A DNA stretch of 64,000 nt, taken from contig JALGUR010000022.1 in assembly GCA_029820565.1 (NCBI GenBank), positions 17,731 through 81,730 on the forward strand, in the 5' to 3' direction. The translations under genes and the position numbers were made by a program. Within the stretch, counting starts at the first letter, position 1. Each line of letters starts with the position of its first letter. Origin of the DNA: Candidatus Zipacnadia bacterium. Its GTDB lineage: Bacteria > Armatimonadota > Zipacnadia > Zipacnadales > Zipacnadaceae. Under the pieces are notes generated by a model. It was not told where the DNA came from and made no database searches. It saw nothing but the letters and a program-made list of their open reading frames with translations. This document shows, in pieces, positions 1-8,999 of this stretch.

Positions 1-6
1 AAGTGT

Positions 7-861
7 TTACGGCATGATGGTCAGTTTTTTGCCTACTCCAACTCTGATGAAATCGTCGCCGTAGGCATCTTCAAACATCTGGCGCGTACGGTCGCCCGAA
101 CAGTGACAGGGAGCGGCCTTCTGCACTCCCAACTGCTGGAAGTCTCGGATGACTTGATTTACTTGGGTATTAGAGAAGCCACTCATATGAAATCCGCCCA
201 TTACCAAGTAGACCTCTTTATCCAGAACCTGTTTGGCCCGGCGAACCATATTAACCACGCCAGGGTGGGCACAACCGGTAATCACTACCAGACCCTGACC
301 GGTTTCTACGATCAAGGCTTGTTCCTTGATGGCCCTACCCAGTTCACCAGTGGAGAAAGCGTGCTCGCAGATCTGAGTGCTCTCCCCTACTTCCACATAC
401 TCGGCACCGACCTGAGTTACTGTGCGGCTGAAATCTGGCGGAAATGACTGAGGAGCAAATACGGTTACCTGAGAGTTTTGGCCAAGGAAAGCCGAGAGGC
501 CGCCGGTGTGGTCCCAGTGGACATGAGAGAGCACGATGATATCTACCTGCTGGGGGTCAATCTGAAGTTTAGTCATATTGTCCAGCAAGATGCTGCCGTC
601 AGCGCCGGTATCGAACAAAATGGTTTTCTCCAGGCCCTCTATCAGACAACTGAAGCCCCAATCAGTTTGCAGATCGGGGTTGTGTGGATAATTATCATAG
701 ACAATCGTCACTGTGATAGCCTCCTTCTTGCCCAGTAAACGCGGAGGTAAAGAAGTCCGCATAGGTGCAGTTGGTGGTGGCGAATCAGATTGGTGGACAG
801 GTTCACACGCCCCACCACCAGCAGCCACAACCAAGACCCCGACTGCCAGGCACCTGAGCAT
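7..861 (-). CDS. MBL-fold metallo-hydrolase, probably a lipoprotein
   Basis: TDWGFSCLIE, LFDTG, SHVHWDHTGG, ITGCAHPG, MGGFH and PCHCSG motifs; N-terminal hydrophobic stretch ending GGGAC. Start placed at ATG 861 (ORF track starts at 891). Confidence 0.85.
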   Translation of the reverse strand: MLRCLAVGVLVVAAGGGACEPVHQSDSPPPTAPMRTSLPPRLLGKKEAITVTIVYDNYPHNPDLQTDWGFSCLIEGLEKTILFDTGADGSILLDNMTKLQIDPQQVDIIVLSHVHWDHTGGLSAFLGQNSQVTVFAPQSFPPDFSRTVTQVGAEYVEVGESTQICEHAFSTGELGRAIKEQALIVETGQGLVVITGCAHPGVVNMVRRAKQVLDKEVYLVMGGFHMSGFSNTQVNQVIRDFQQLGVQKAAPCHCSGDRTRQMFEDAYGDDFIRVGVGKKLTIMP

Positions 862-936
862 TGACGTATTCACTAAGATCATCGCTCCCAATCAATGTCT
901 AATCGGCCCAATTGCTGCCCGGGCAAGCCAGGCTGA

Positions 937-1314
937 CTATTGCCCGGCTTGTTGGAGCTGCTGGATTTCGGCATTGATCTGCTCAAGTTGCTGCTGGAGC
1001 ATCTGGGCCTGCTGCTGGAGCATCTGCAGTTGCTGCTGGCGAGCCTGCTGCGGATCTCCGGCCATCGGAAACTGAGAGGGCATACCCATCATAGGTGCTT
1101 GGTAACCCATTGGTCCTATGGGCGGCTGACCCGTCTGCATTCCCTGCCAGGCCATCTGCATCTGAGGGGTAGGCCACTGGCCGGTCATAAGATATTGAGC
1201 GCCCGGCGGCATTCCCGTGGGGCTGCGGCCCACCCAGCCGGGACTGTAGCCGAAGCGCATCCAGCCGGGTAGTCCTGTTAGATAGTACATATTACGGTTT
1301 CGCATATCGTTCAC
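937..1314 (-). CDS. DUF5320-like protein with Gln/Pro/Met-rich C-terminus
   Basis: YYLTGLPGWMRFGYSPGW motif and terminal coiled coil (LQQQAQMLQQQLEQINAEIQQL); sits next to a NifB/NifX gene as this family usually does; AAGGAG RBS. Confidence 0.7.
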   Translation of the reverse strand: MNDMRNRNMYYLTGLPGWMRFGYSPGWVGRSPTGMPPGAQYLMTGQWPTPQMQMAWQGMQTGQPPIGPMGYQAPMMGMPSQFPMAGDPQQARQQQLQMLQQQAQMLQQQLEQINAEIQQLQQAGQ

Positions 1315-1359
1315 TCCTTTTCAATTGGACTGAGTCGCAATAAATCTACTATTGCCTAT

Positions 1360-1689
1360 TTAGTGGACACATTGATCCTCGCCGCCCACTAATTCAGCGG
1401 CGGCGATCTGAGAAATGGCATCTTCCAACAATCCGGACACTCCCAGGATCGTTTCAATACCCATCTGCGTGAAGTGCTGTTGGGCCATTGGCCCCATGCC
1501 ACCAGCTACCACATAGTCAACATCTTCCCCGTTGAGTAATTCAGGCAGTTGCCCGGGCGCGTGCCCGGGGCTATCCAAACGATAGCGGTTGGTGATTTGG
1601 TCGTCACTGACGTCTATGATTTGATAACACTCGCACCGTCCAAAGTGAGACGCTACCTGGTCGCCGTCAACAGCTATAGCAAATTTCAT
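1360..1689 (-). CDS. NifB/NifX family Fe-Mo cluster-binding protein
   Basis: VASHFGRCECY, GHAPG, VVAGGMG motifs and C-terminal CVH. Confidence 0.9.
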   Translation of the reverse strand: MKFAIAVDGDQVASHFGRCECYQIIDVSDDQITNRYRLDSPGHAPGQLPELLNGEDVDYVVAGGMGPMAQQHFTQMGIETILGVSGLLEDAISQIAAAELVGGEDQCVH

Positions 1690-1742
1690 AGTAAAAGCTC
1701 ATTCCCTTGACCATGTTGACTAACAAACAATTGTACCCCGCG

Positions 1743-2159
1743 TTATGTTTCGCCTTCTTCCCTATTGGGCCGGTTGTCAGTGAGTTGCCGGCACTGCTCC
1801 ACAAAGTTCACCATACCCTGCATACGCTGCTGGATTACCTGCATCCAGCCATCCAACCGTTCCCAGCCCAAATCGGTCAGTTCGTAGAGACGGCGGGCCG
1901 GGCCAGCACCGGCGGTATCCCAGGTGGAAACTACGCACCCACTTGCCTCTAATTGGCGCAGACAGCGATACACTGCGCCCGGGTCAATCTCCATTTCACT
2001 GAGGCCTAATTGATTGGCCGCGGCAGCCAGGTCGTAACCATGGGCGGCCGCCCCGCTGCCCAACAGGTACAGGAGGGCTGGCTCGACCATCCGCGACAGC
2101 CTGCCGGTCAGCCATTCATATCGTCCTGGAGGTCCGCGAAAACCGCCTCTGCGTCTCAT
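1743..2159 (-). CDS. PadR family transcriptional regulator
   Basis: AHGYDL, PGAVYRCLRQLE, GPARRLYELTDLG winged-helix motifs. Confidence 0.9.
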   Translation of the reverse strand: MRRRGGFRGPPGRYEWLTGRLSRMVEPALLYLLGSGAAAHGYDLAAAANQLGLSEMEIDPGAVYRCLRQLEASGCVVSTWDTAGAGPARRLYELTDLGWERLDGWMQVIQQRMQGMVNFVEQCRQLTDNRPNREEGET

Positions 2160-2170
2160 CGGTGTCCACC

Positions 2171-2219
2171 TATATGTTAATCACATATATAGTATACCAC
2201 AAAATAGCCTCTTTGTAAA
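2171..2219 (-). promoter_or_regulatory. sigma70 promoter with a palindromic operator for the padR operon
   Basis: Minus strand TTTACA(2219-2214)-17 nt-TATACT(2196-2191) with TG extension, followed by the inverted repeat TATATGT-N5-ACATATA at 2171-2189. Confidence 0.7.
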
Positions 2220-2402
2220 CCCCTTTGGGGAAATTCTCTGATAGAGTTGACTAACATGCGCTCTATATGATACTCTGTTAGCACGCCGTCAGGTCTGTTT
2301 AGTAGGATGATGCAGAGTATCTCTCATCAACAGCCGCGACAGTAAATATCCACACCCGACTGTGTAGACTACTCAAACCAAATAGTTCGGAGAAATCCTG
2401 AC

Positions 2403-2990
2403 ATGCCTACTTCTACCAGCAACCCGGGTCAGAAACTTGCCAGCGCTGGCAACAGTTCAAGTGTATTAGCCAAAGCCGGTCTTGACGTTGACCTCAAGCG
2501 CATAGCGGTGATGCTGGTGGTCGGTTTGGCTGTGGGACTAATTGCCGATATCTTCACTGGTCAGAATTACCAACAGCGAGTGGCCGGCAGCCAAGCAGCC
2601 CCCCGGCAGGGCCCAAAACCGCCACCGGGCATTGACGCGCGAACGGCTCACGAGTTGAGCAGTACAGGGGAAGCAGTGTTAGTAGATGTCAGGAGTGCTG
2701 GCTCATACCGCAAAGAGCATGCCGCTGCAGCTATTAACCTCCCGGAGTACGTTTTGGCAGCCAAAGAGAAGGATGCCGGCGTCCTGGCCAAGGTACCTAA
2801 GGATACCCACCTGATCGTATATTGCTCTTCGATGCAATGCTCGCAAGCAGCCCGTGGGGCTATGTTATTGAACACGCTGGGATATGCAAAAGTGTCAACG
2901 ATGACCGGGGGTATAGAAGGTTGGAAGAACGCCGGATTGCCTACGGAAAAAGGTCAGGAGAACGACACTACTCGCGAGGAGAAGAAGTGA
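2403..2990 (+). CDS. membrane-anchored rhodanese-like protein
   Basis: One TM segment; LVDVRS, YCSSMQC active loop and MTGGIEGW motifs. Confidence 0.85.
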   Translation: MPTSTSNPGQKLASAGNSSSVLAKAGLDVDLKRIAVMLVVGLAVGLIADIFTGQNYQQRVAGSQAAPRQGPKPPPGIDARTAHELSSTGEAVLVDVRSAGSYRKEHAAAAINLPEYVLAAKEKDAGVLAKVPKDTHLIVYCSSMQCSQAARGAMLLNTLGYAKVSTMTGGIEGWKNAGLPTEKGQENDTTREEKK

Positions 2991-2996
2991 ACTGCT

Positions 2997-3476
2997 GTGG
3001 CACTACTTCGGAGGAGTATAGACAGTGTGTTGGCGAGCCGATGGGTCCTACTAACCTTGCGGCTGGCTATTGGGGCAGTGTTCATCATAGCCAGTTGGGA
3101 CAAAGTGCTGAACCCGGGCCGGTTTGCCGAGATTATCGAAGGTTACAAGATCGTCTCAGGATATCCAGTCCAGGCATTAGCCGTGTGGCTGCCGTGGGTA
3201 GAACTCGGGGTTGGCCTGATGTTGGTTGCCGGGATTTGGATACGAGCCGCGGCGCTACTCTTTTCGGGTCTAACGATAGTGTTTATTGCTGCCATCGCCT
3301 CAGCCTTGGTTCGGGGATTAGACATACAGTGTGGCTGTTTCTCGCTTTCTCTTGGTAGCGACGCTCGGACATGGGTCTCGCTGTGGCAGGAGATTGCCCT
3401 GCTAATGGGTTGCCTATGGCTATGGGTAGCCTCTTGGCCTGCCACCGGAACTCAACCTTCACAGACCGATAAGTGA
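2997..3476 (+). CDS. MauE/DoxX family redox-associated membrane protein
   Basis: LRLAIGAVFIIASWDK, LPWVEL and RGLDIQCGCF motifs; GTG start. Confidence 0.85.
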   Translation: MALLRRSIDSVLASRWVLLTLRLAIGAVFIIASWDKVLNPGRFAEIIEGYKIVSGYPVQALAVWLPWVELGVGLMLVAGIWIRAAALLFSGLTIVFIAAIASALVRGLDIQCGCFSLSLGSDARTWVSLWQEIALLMGCLWLWVASWPATGTQPSQTDK

Positions 3477-3498
3477 CCAGCCGAATACGAAAATCTGT

Positions 3499-3530
3499 GT
3501 CTGCACTCCCGTAGGTCTCAGGGTGCAGAC
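3499..3530. terminator. stem-loop between convergent mauE-like gene and rpoD
   Basis: gtctgcactc ... gggtgcagac inverted repeat between two convergent stops. Confidence 0.5.
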
Positions 3531-3539
3531 GGACCCGCG

Positions 3540-5633
3540 TTAGGTTTCTACCTGCAGGTAGTCGCGCAGTATCTGAGTACGACGGGGATCGCGGAGTTTC
3601 TTGAGCGCTTTGGATTCAATCTGGCGAATGCGCTCGCGGGTGACATCAAAGATGTGGCCTACTTCCTCCAAAGTGCGAGGATAGCCATCCTCCAGGCCAA
3701 ACCGTAGTTTGAGCACTTCGCGCTCGCGTCCCGTGAGGTCGTCCAGCACCCGATTGAGTTGTTCACGCAGTACCAGATTAGAGGCCAGATTAACGGGGGT
3801 TTCTTCTTCTTCATCAGGCACAAAATCGCCGAGGTAATTATCTTCTTCTTCACCGATGGGAGCCTCCAGAGAGAGAGGCTCAGGGGCAATACGTTTGACT
3901 TCGGCGACCCTCTCGACAGGCATATCCATCTCCACAGCGACCTCATCAAGGGTGGGTTCGCGGCCGTATTGCTGGAGAAGTTGTCGTGAGGTCTTGACCA
4001 ACTTGTTGATGGTCTCGACCATATGGACAGGGATACGAATGATGCGGCCTTGGTCAGCCAAGGCCCGGGAGATAGCCTGGCGAATCCACCAGGTAGCATA
4101 AGTGCTGAACTTGTAACCCTTACGATAATCAAATTTCTCTACGGCCCGCATCAGTCCCACATTGCCCTCTTGGATCAGGTCCAAGAAACTCATTGCGGAG
4201 CGCCCGGTATACTTTCGGGCGATGCTAACCACCAGACGGAGGTTAGCTTCAGCCAACGCGGCAACTGCATCTTCGTCTCTGAGTTTCATACACGAGGGGT
4301 CTATGCTGCCGGGATCCACAATGCGAGTGAAAGACGCTTCGATGAGACCATACAAGCCAGCTCCCTCGGTCTCATCAGGCGGGAAAATGGAACCTACCTG
4401 CATGGCAGTGCGGGTCGCGGTCGTAGTGAAGTCAACGGTAACCGGTTCGGGCAAGGGGTAGCCGGTAGTTCCTTTAATACCATCCTCGCCTGCCTTCAAA
4501 GTTAGCGTATAGGCCATCTCAGTGGTCAAAGGATCGCGGGGCAAGAAGCGAATTTGACGGCGCTCAGCGTCATAATAAACCTTTCCGGAGACGGGATTAT
4601 TCATTGCGTCCCGGACTTTGACGGTCTTAGAGGTGACCGTACTGGGGTCTAATTGGCGATCCACAGTAACTGTGATGGGAGCAGCAATGCTAACGTTGGT
4701 AGCCTCCGCAGCAGGTTGAGTATTCACCACCCGAGGGGCCGCCTTCCGATAAGTAGTTTCAAACTGAAACGTGTAATCAGCCGCCAGAGGACGGCCGTCC
4801 TCGGTATTGATGCCTTCCTCATCTCCTCGGACGGTTACAGCAAGTTTGTTGCGATGGCGCAGGGGCTGTTTGGGAGTAAACACCAGCCGCCAGGGGTCAG
4901 GCCCCACTTTGACTCTCCCCAGAACCTGGCGACCTTTGCCATCAATAACTTCTATCTTCTGGGACGTGACCGACGCGGGATCCAGAGCATCATTGAAATA
5001 GATGATGATGGGACTATCCACGTCCACCTGCTGTTGACCGTCAGCCGGATAGGTTCTGGTTATCTGCAACGGACCATCAGCCGCACGAGTTCGGAACGAC
5101 CACATATAGTCAGAAGCCAGCGAGTGGCCAGTAATGTCGTATAAACCATCATCACCGTCACGCAAGATTACGACGTAGAGAGTATCCGGTTCCAGGCGCT
5201 CGTGGGGGTGAAAGCGCAGAGCGTTATGGGCCTTGTCATAGCTCAATTCTCCCTCGCCTTTTTGGACACGTCGAGCTAGTTCTACCTCCTGCTCAGCGGT
5301 CAGCAGAGGCACCTGCCCAATAGCATGTAGATACATACGGACTGAATCATCAACCGGTACACCTTCATCCTCGTCGGCTGTATCTTCTTCTTCCTCCTGG
5401 CGATGTTCCCGGGTGGCCTTTTCATCCTTCGCCACATAAATACCGGCACCGTGTAAGACTCGATATATCTCCTCAATATCCTTGGCGTCCAGAAGTTCAT
5501 TATCAGCCAAGGCTTCCTGAATATCACTATACGTTAGATAGCCCTGCTCGCGTCCCTTGGTTAGCAGGCTTTCCACTTCGTCAATGTCCCGAACGTCAGC
5601 CGGTTTTTTGTCAGTCTGTTCGTCCTCGGGCAA
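3540..5633 (-). CDS. rpoD: primary RNA polymerase sigma factor RpoD with inserted Ig-like domains
   Basis: Region 1.1 ([12 protein letters not shown]), 1.2 ([26 protein letters not shown]), 2 ([31 protein letters not shown]), 3 ([13 protein letters not shown]) and 4 ([23 protein letters not shown]) all intact; directly downstream of dnaG; TTG start after GGGAG. Confidence 0.95.
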   Translation of the reverse strand: MPEDEQTDKKPADVRDIDEVESLLTKGREQGYLTYSDIQEALADNELLDAKDIEEIYRVLHGAGIYVAKDEKATREHRQEEEEDTADEDEGVPVDDSVRMYLHAIGQVPLLTAEQEVELARRVQKGEGELSYDKAHNALRFHPHERLEPDTLYVVILRDGDDGLYDITGHSLASDYMWSFRTRAADGPLQITRTYPADGQQQVDVDSPIIIYFNDALDPASVTSQKIEVIDGKGRQVLGRVKVGPDPWRLVFTPKQPLRHRNKLAVTVRGDEEGINTEDGRPLAADYTFQFETTYRKAAPRVVNTQPAAEATNVSIAAPITVTVDRQLDPSTVTSKTVKVRDAMNNPVSGKVYYDAERRQIRFLPRDPLTTEMAYTLTLKAGEDGIKGTTGYPLPEPVTVDFTTTATRTAMQVGSIFPPDETEGAGLYGLIEASFTRIVDPGSIDPSCMKLRDEDAVAALAEANLRLVVSIARKYTGRSAMSFLDLIQEGNVGLMRAVEKFDYRKGYKFSTYATWWIRQAISRALADQGRIIRIPVHMVETINKLVKTSRQLLQQYGREPTLDEVAVEMDMPVERVAEVKRIAPEPLSLEAPIGEEEDNYLGDFVPDEEEETPVNLASNLVLREQLNRVLDDLTGREREVLKLRFGLEDGYPRTLEEVGHIFDVTRERIRQIESKALKKLRDPRRTQILRDYLQVET

Positions 5634-5639
5634 CTACAC

Positions 5640-7655
5640 TCAACTCCCTGAGTTATGCTCTTCGTCCTCAGCCTGGTCTGAGGACTGCTCGTCGTGAGAC
5701 GGTTTCCTTTGTGTTGCTGCCACGGTTCCATCGGTCTCGACAAAGTCGAATTGACCTTTCCCGTGAAACAGCATTACCAAGCGCAGAAACTTTTGATAAT
5801 CGGGATGCTCGTGAGTCAATTCTCCGGTTTCCGCCAGATTAGCTACTCGCTGCTGGAGTCGGTAAAAATCTTCAATATCGGCTTGACCGTTCTGGTCAGC
5901 GGATAACTCCGTGCCGCGAATCTCGTATTCCTCCTGCAAACCGGCCCCAGACCGATGTTTGCGCAGTTTGGCGGCCGCATCTTGTAGCATCTCCTCGTCC
6001 AGCTCATCAACAGGCGGCACTAATAGTAGTTCTATGCCGCGGTCCCGGGTTCCTTCCTCTTCGGGGAGTTTATCCACTAATCGGCCCGGGTCGTACTGGT
6101 CACCTGCTGCTAACTGGTCGGATATAGCCTGGGCGATCTGGCGATGTTGAGGGATAGCAAAGTCATTGGGATTTATCTGGGCAAAGACTTGTTGGGCCAG
6201 ATCGGGACTTTCCAGCGCGGCAGCCAGCAGTTCCTTCTCCAACTTCTCCCACCACGCCGGTTGCTCCGCGTAGCGAGCCACCGCATCGGTTATGAAACTG
6301 CGGTCGCGCGGCGAGTTGGCAGTAATCTTGGGAGCGCTCGTTCTGCGCCGACTAGCCCGGCGCCGCAATTCCATCTGGAGGGCCCGCTGCATACTTTCGG
6401 TGCGGCCCGGTTGGTCCTGGGCCCACAGATCACCGGCGCGCGCGATAAACTCGTTGCGGCGCGTGAGGTCAGCAACATCGGCCAGCACATCTACCGCGGC
6501 GCGCGCGGCTCGCACCATACCATCAGCGCCTTGATTACGATACTGACCGAACACCATATCCAGGCGATACTCCACTAAACCAACCGCCTCGTTGATCAAC
6601 TGTCTAAACTGCTCAGCACCATGGCTGCGGACGTAATCATCAGGGTCCTGACCTTCGGGCAGGACCAGTATCTTTGCCGCCAGACCGCTGCGCTCAAACA
6701 AATCAATATTGCGCAGGGCCGCTTGCATTCCACCGGCGTCCGCGTCATAACACAATATGACTTCGTCAACATAGCGACCCAGCAGGCTCAAGTGGTCTGA
6801 GGTCATGGCAGTGCCCAGAGTCGCTATCACATTGCTCAGGCCGGCCTGGTGGAGAGCAATGACATCGGTGTAACCTTCCACGACAATCCCATACTTGTCG
6901 GCCACTAACTGCTGACGGGCCAGGTCCAACGCATACAGATTACGGCCTTTGCTAAACAAGGGAGTGTCGGGAGAGTTAAGGTATTTGGCTGGCTCCTCAG
7001 GATCCATAGCCCGGCCGCCAAAGGCAATTATCGTCCCGGCCGCATCAGTGATGGGAAAGATGATGCGGTGGCGAAACACATCGTAGTGGCTGCCGCGATC
7101 GCTCTGCTTAATCAGTCCGGCTTCCTGGGCAATATCAGTACTGATACCCTTGCCAGCCAGTAACTTGAGCAAGTCATCCCACGCATTGGCAGCGTAACCC
7201 AACTCAAACTTATCAATGACCTCATCAGTAAGGCCCCGCTCGTGGACATAGGCAAGCGCGGCGGCTCCCCGGGACTGACCGAGATTGCGCCGGAAATGCT
7301 CAGCCGCCAATTGGAGGGCGCGGTGCAAGAGTTTACGGCGCTGCACCTGGGCCTCGTCTGCCGGCCTCGCCCGCCATGGCAGGCCGACTCGTTGGGCCAG
7401 CCGCTCCCCCGCCTCCGCGAAACTTATTCCCTCTATCTGCATCAAGAACGCGAATACGTCGCCACCAGCACCACATCCAAAACAATGCCAGAATCCACCC
7501 GCAGGGTCTACATAGAACGAGGGATTCTGTTCGGCGTGGAAGGGGCAGCAAGCCTTGAACCGGCGACCCGCCCGTTGCAGAGGGACATATTGAGAGATCA
7601 ACTCAACAATATCAACCCGGCGCTTGATTTCTTCCTTAACGTCGTCCCTATCCAT
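5640..7655 (-). CDS. dnaG: DNA primase
   Basis: CPFHAEQNPSF...HCFGCG zinc-binding domain; KYLNSPDT, VVEGYTDV and CYDADAGG TOPRIM motifs; KDPD-like QDPDD. Start at ATG 7655. Confidence 0.97.
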   Translation of the reverse strand: MDRDDVKEEIKRRVDIVELISQYVPLQRAGRRFKACCPFHAEQNPSFYVDPAGGFWHCFGCGAGGDVFAFLMQIEGISFAEAGERLAQRVGLPWRARPADEAQVQRRKLLHRALQLAAEHFRRNLGQSRGAAALAYVHERGLTDEVIDKFELGYAANAWDDLLKLLAGKGISTDIAQEAGLIKQSDRGSHYDVFRHRIIFPITDAAGTIIAFGGRAMDPEEPAKYLNSPDTPLFSKGRNLYALDLARQQLVADKYGIVVEGYTDVIALHQAGLSNVIATLGTAMTSDHLSLLGRYVDEVILCYDADAGGMQAALRNIDLFERSGLAAKILVLPEGQDPDDYVRSHGAEQFRQLINEAVGLVEYRLDMVFGQYRNQGADGMVRAARAAVDVLADVADLTRRNEFIARAGDLWAQDQPGRTESMQRALQMELRRRASRRRTSAPKITANSPRDRSFITDAVARYAEQPAWWEKLEKELLAAALESPDLAQQVFAQINPNDFAIPQHRQIAQAISDQLAAGDQYDPGRLVDKLPEEEGTRDRGIELLLVPPVDELDEEMLQDAAAKLRKHRSGAGLQEEYEIRGTELSADQNGQADIEDFYRLQQRVANLAETGELTHEHPDYQKFLRLVMLFHGKGQFDFVETDGTVAATQRKPSHDEQSSDQAEDEEHNSGS

Positions 7656-7956
7656 AACCACGATGTGTCACTCACAATTAGTTCGACGAATTACTATATG
7701 TAGAAGTTCTCCTGGGCCAGCAATAATCCTCCTTTGGCATTTGGGCCGGTCTTCCGGGCGGCTGAACTTGCTGAAGTCTACGCTCGACACGGCCCCTGCA
7801 ATGGTCAAGATGGTAAGTCGTGCGGAGGGGCCGGTCGCCGCAGGCCCAGCGAAGCGCAGGCCTGCCAGGCCGGCCCTATTCTTCCAATCTTCACCAAAAG
7901 ACAGCGGCCCCGCCGCAGCGAGGCCGCTGTTACCAATAACCGAGGAGTGGGACAGG

Positions 7957-8880
7957 TCAATCCCAGATATGGATTCTGGTCACCTTCATATTGTGTAAAG
8001 TGAAGGCAATATTGTTATCCTCGGTGTAGCGTAAGATAACATCACGGGAGAACACCCGGCTGGTACCGGCGAAGGACACCGTTACGCTCCCCGTTCCCGG
8101 CGTAGCCTCCCCGGGGCCAGTATTCATAAAAGTGACGGATTCGTCAGCGAAGCCATAGCGGTACAGTACTTGTTTGAAGTCGTCGCCCAGTTTGACGTAT
8201 TTGTGGGGCTGCCACAGGGCGGTGCGGGCGTAGTTGCAGTTTTCGGCGGCCACAGCGATTACCTGTATATAGCCATCACGGTCCAGGACAAAGCCTAAGA
8301 TAACAGGACCCTTTTGATATAGCCATTCCACCTCACCCGGCTCCACCTCCACCCACACTGGCAGAGCCCAGATGGGGAACGGCCCACCCGCAGCGGCACC
8401 GGCAGCAAGTCCACCAGGGCCGGCGGCTCCGCCGGGTCCAGGAAAGGCACCAGGCCCGGCCGGTCCTCCCAGACCAGGCATCGGCGGACCAACCCCAGGC
8501 GGGGCCGCGGCCCGTCCTGGAGGGCCGCCTGGACCCATCGGGCCCATAGGTGGCCCCATCATCATTGGCGAAGGCATTCCCGGAGCACCAGGTGGCCCCA
8601 TAGGAGCCCCGGGCATTCCGCCCATACCTGGCATGCCTGGCATACCAAGCATCCCAGGTGCGCCCGGAGCAGCGGCCGCAGCCGCGGCAAACTCGGGCCC
8701 TTCGCCCACGACGACCCCCTCGGGTTCGCCATAGACATCCAGGAGGTCAATAGCATGCTGGCCCAGGCGCATACCAGCCAACTGTACCTCACGGGCGCAC
8801 ACGATACTGCTACTGGCAACCACTAACACCGCCACTGCACCTATCAACAATATATTGTGAGAGCGAGATATTCGGCTCAT
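7957..8880 (-). CDS. secreted hypothetical protein with a long Pro/Gly/Met-rich segment
   Basis: N-terminal signal peptide, GAAGGGAG RBS, low-complexity middle and globular-looking C-terminal half. Confidence 0.75.
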   Translation of the reverse strand: MSRISRSHNILLIGAVAVLVVASSSIVCAREVQLAGMRLGQHAIDLLDVYGEPEGVVVGEGPEFAAAAAAAPGAPGMLGMPGMPGMGGMPGAPMGPPGAPGMPSPMMMGPPMGPMGPGGPPGRAAAPPGVGPPMPGLGGPAGPGAFPGPGGAAGPGGLAAGAAAGGPFPIWALPVWVEVEPGEVEWLYQKGPVILGFVLDRDGYIQVIAVAAENCNYARTALWQPHKYVKLGDDFKQVLYRYGFADESVTFMNTGPGEATPGTGSVTVSFAGTSRVFSRDVILRYTEDNNIAFTLHNMKVTRIHIWD

Positions 8881-8999
8881 CGCGGCTGTCTCCCTTCAGT
8901 GATGCATTGTAATCTATAGTGTCACGTAAGTTGTTGTGCCACGTTGCTTAGCAGCCGTTGAAGTATAGTATAACATATTATTGGTATATTTTTCAAGTG

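Noticed and set aside
4278-5255. RpoD insert as an intein
   Set aside because: No N-terminal Cys/Ser, no C-terminal His-Asn followed by Cys/Ser/Thr, and no LAGLIDADG motif; the sequence is Ig-repeat-like.
8372-8734. Pro/Gly-rich + strand ORF resembling collagen
   Set aside because: Antisense shadow of the low-complexity region of 7957-8880.
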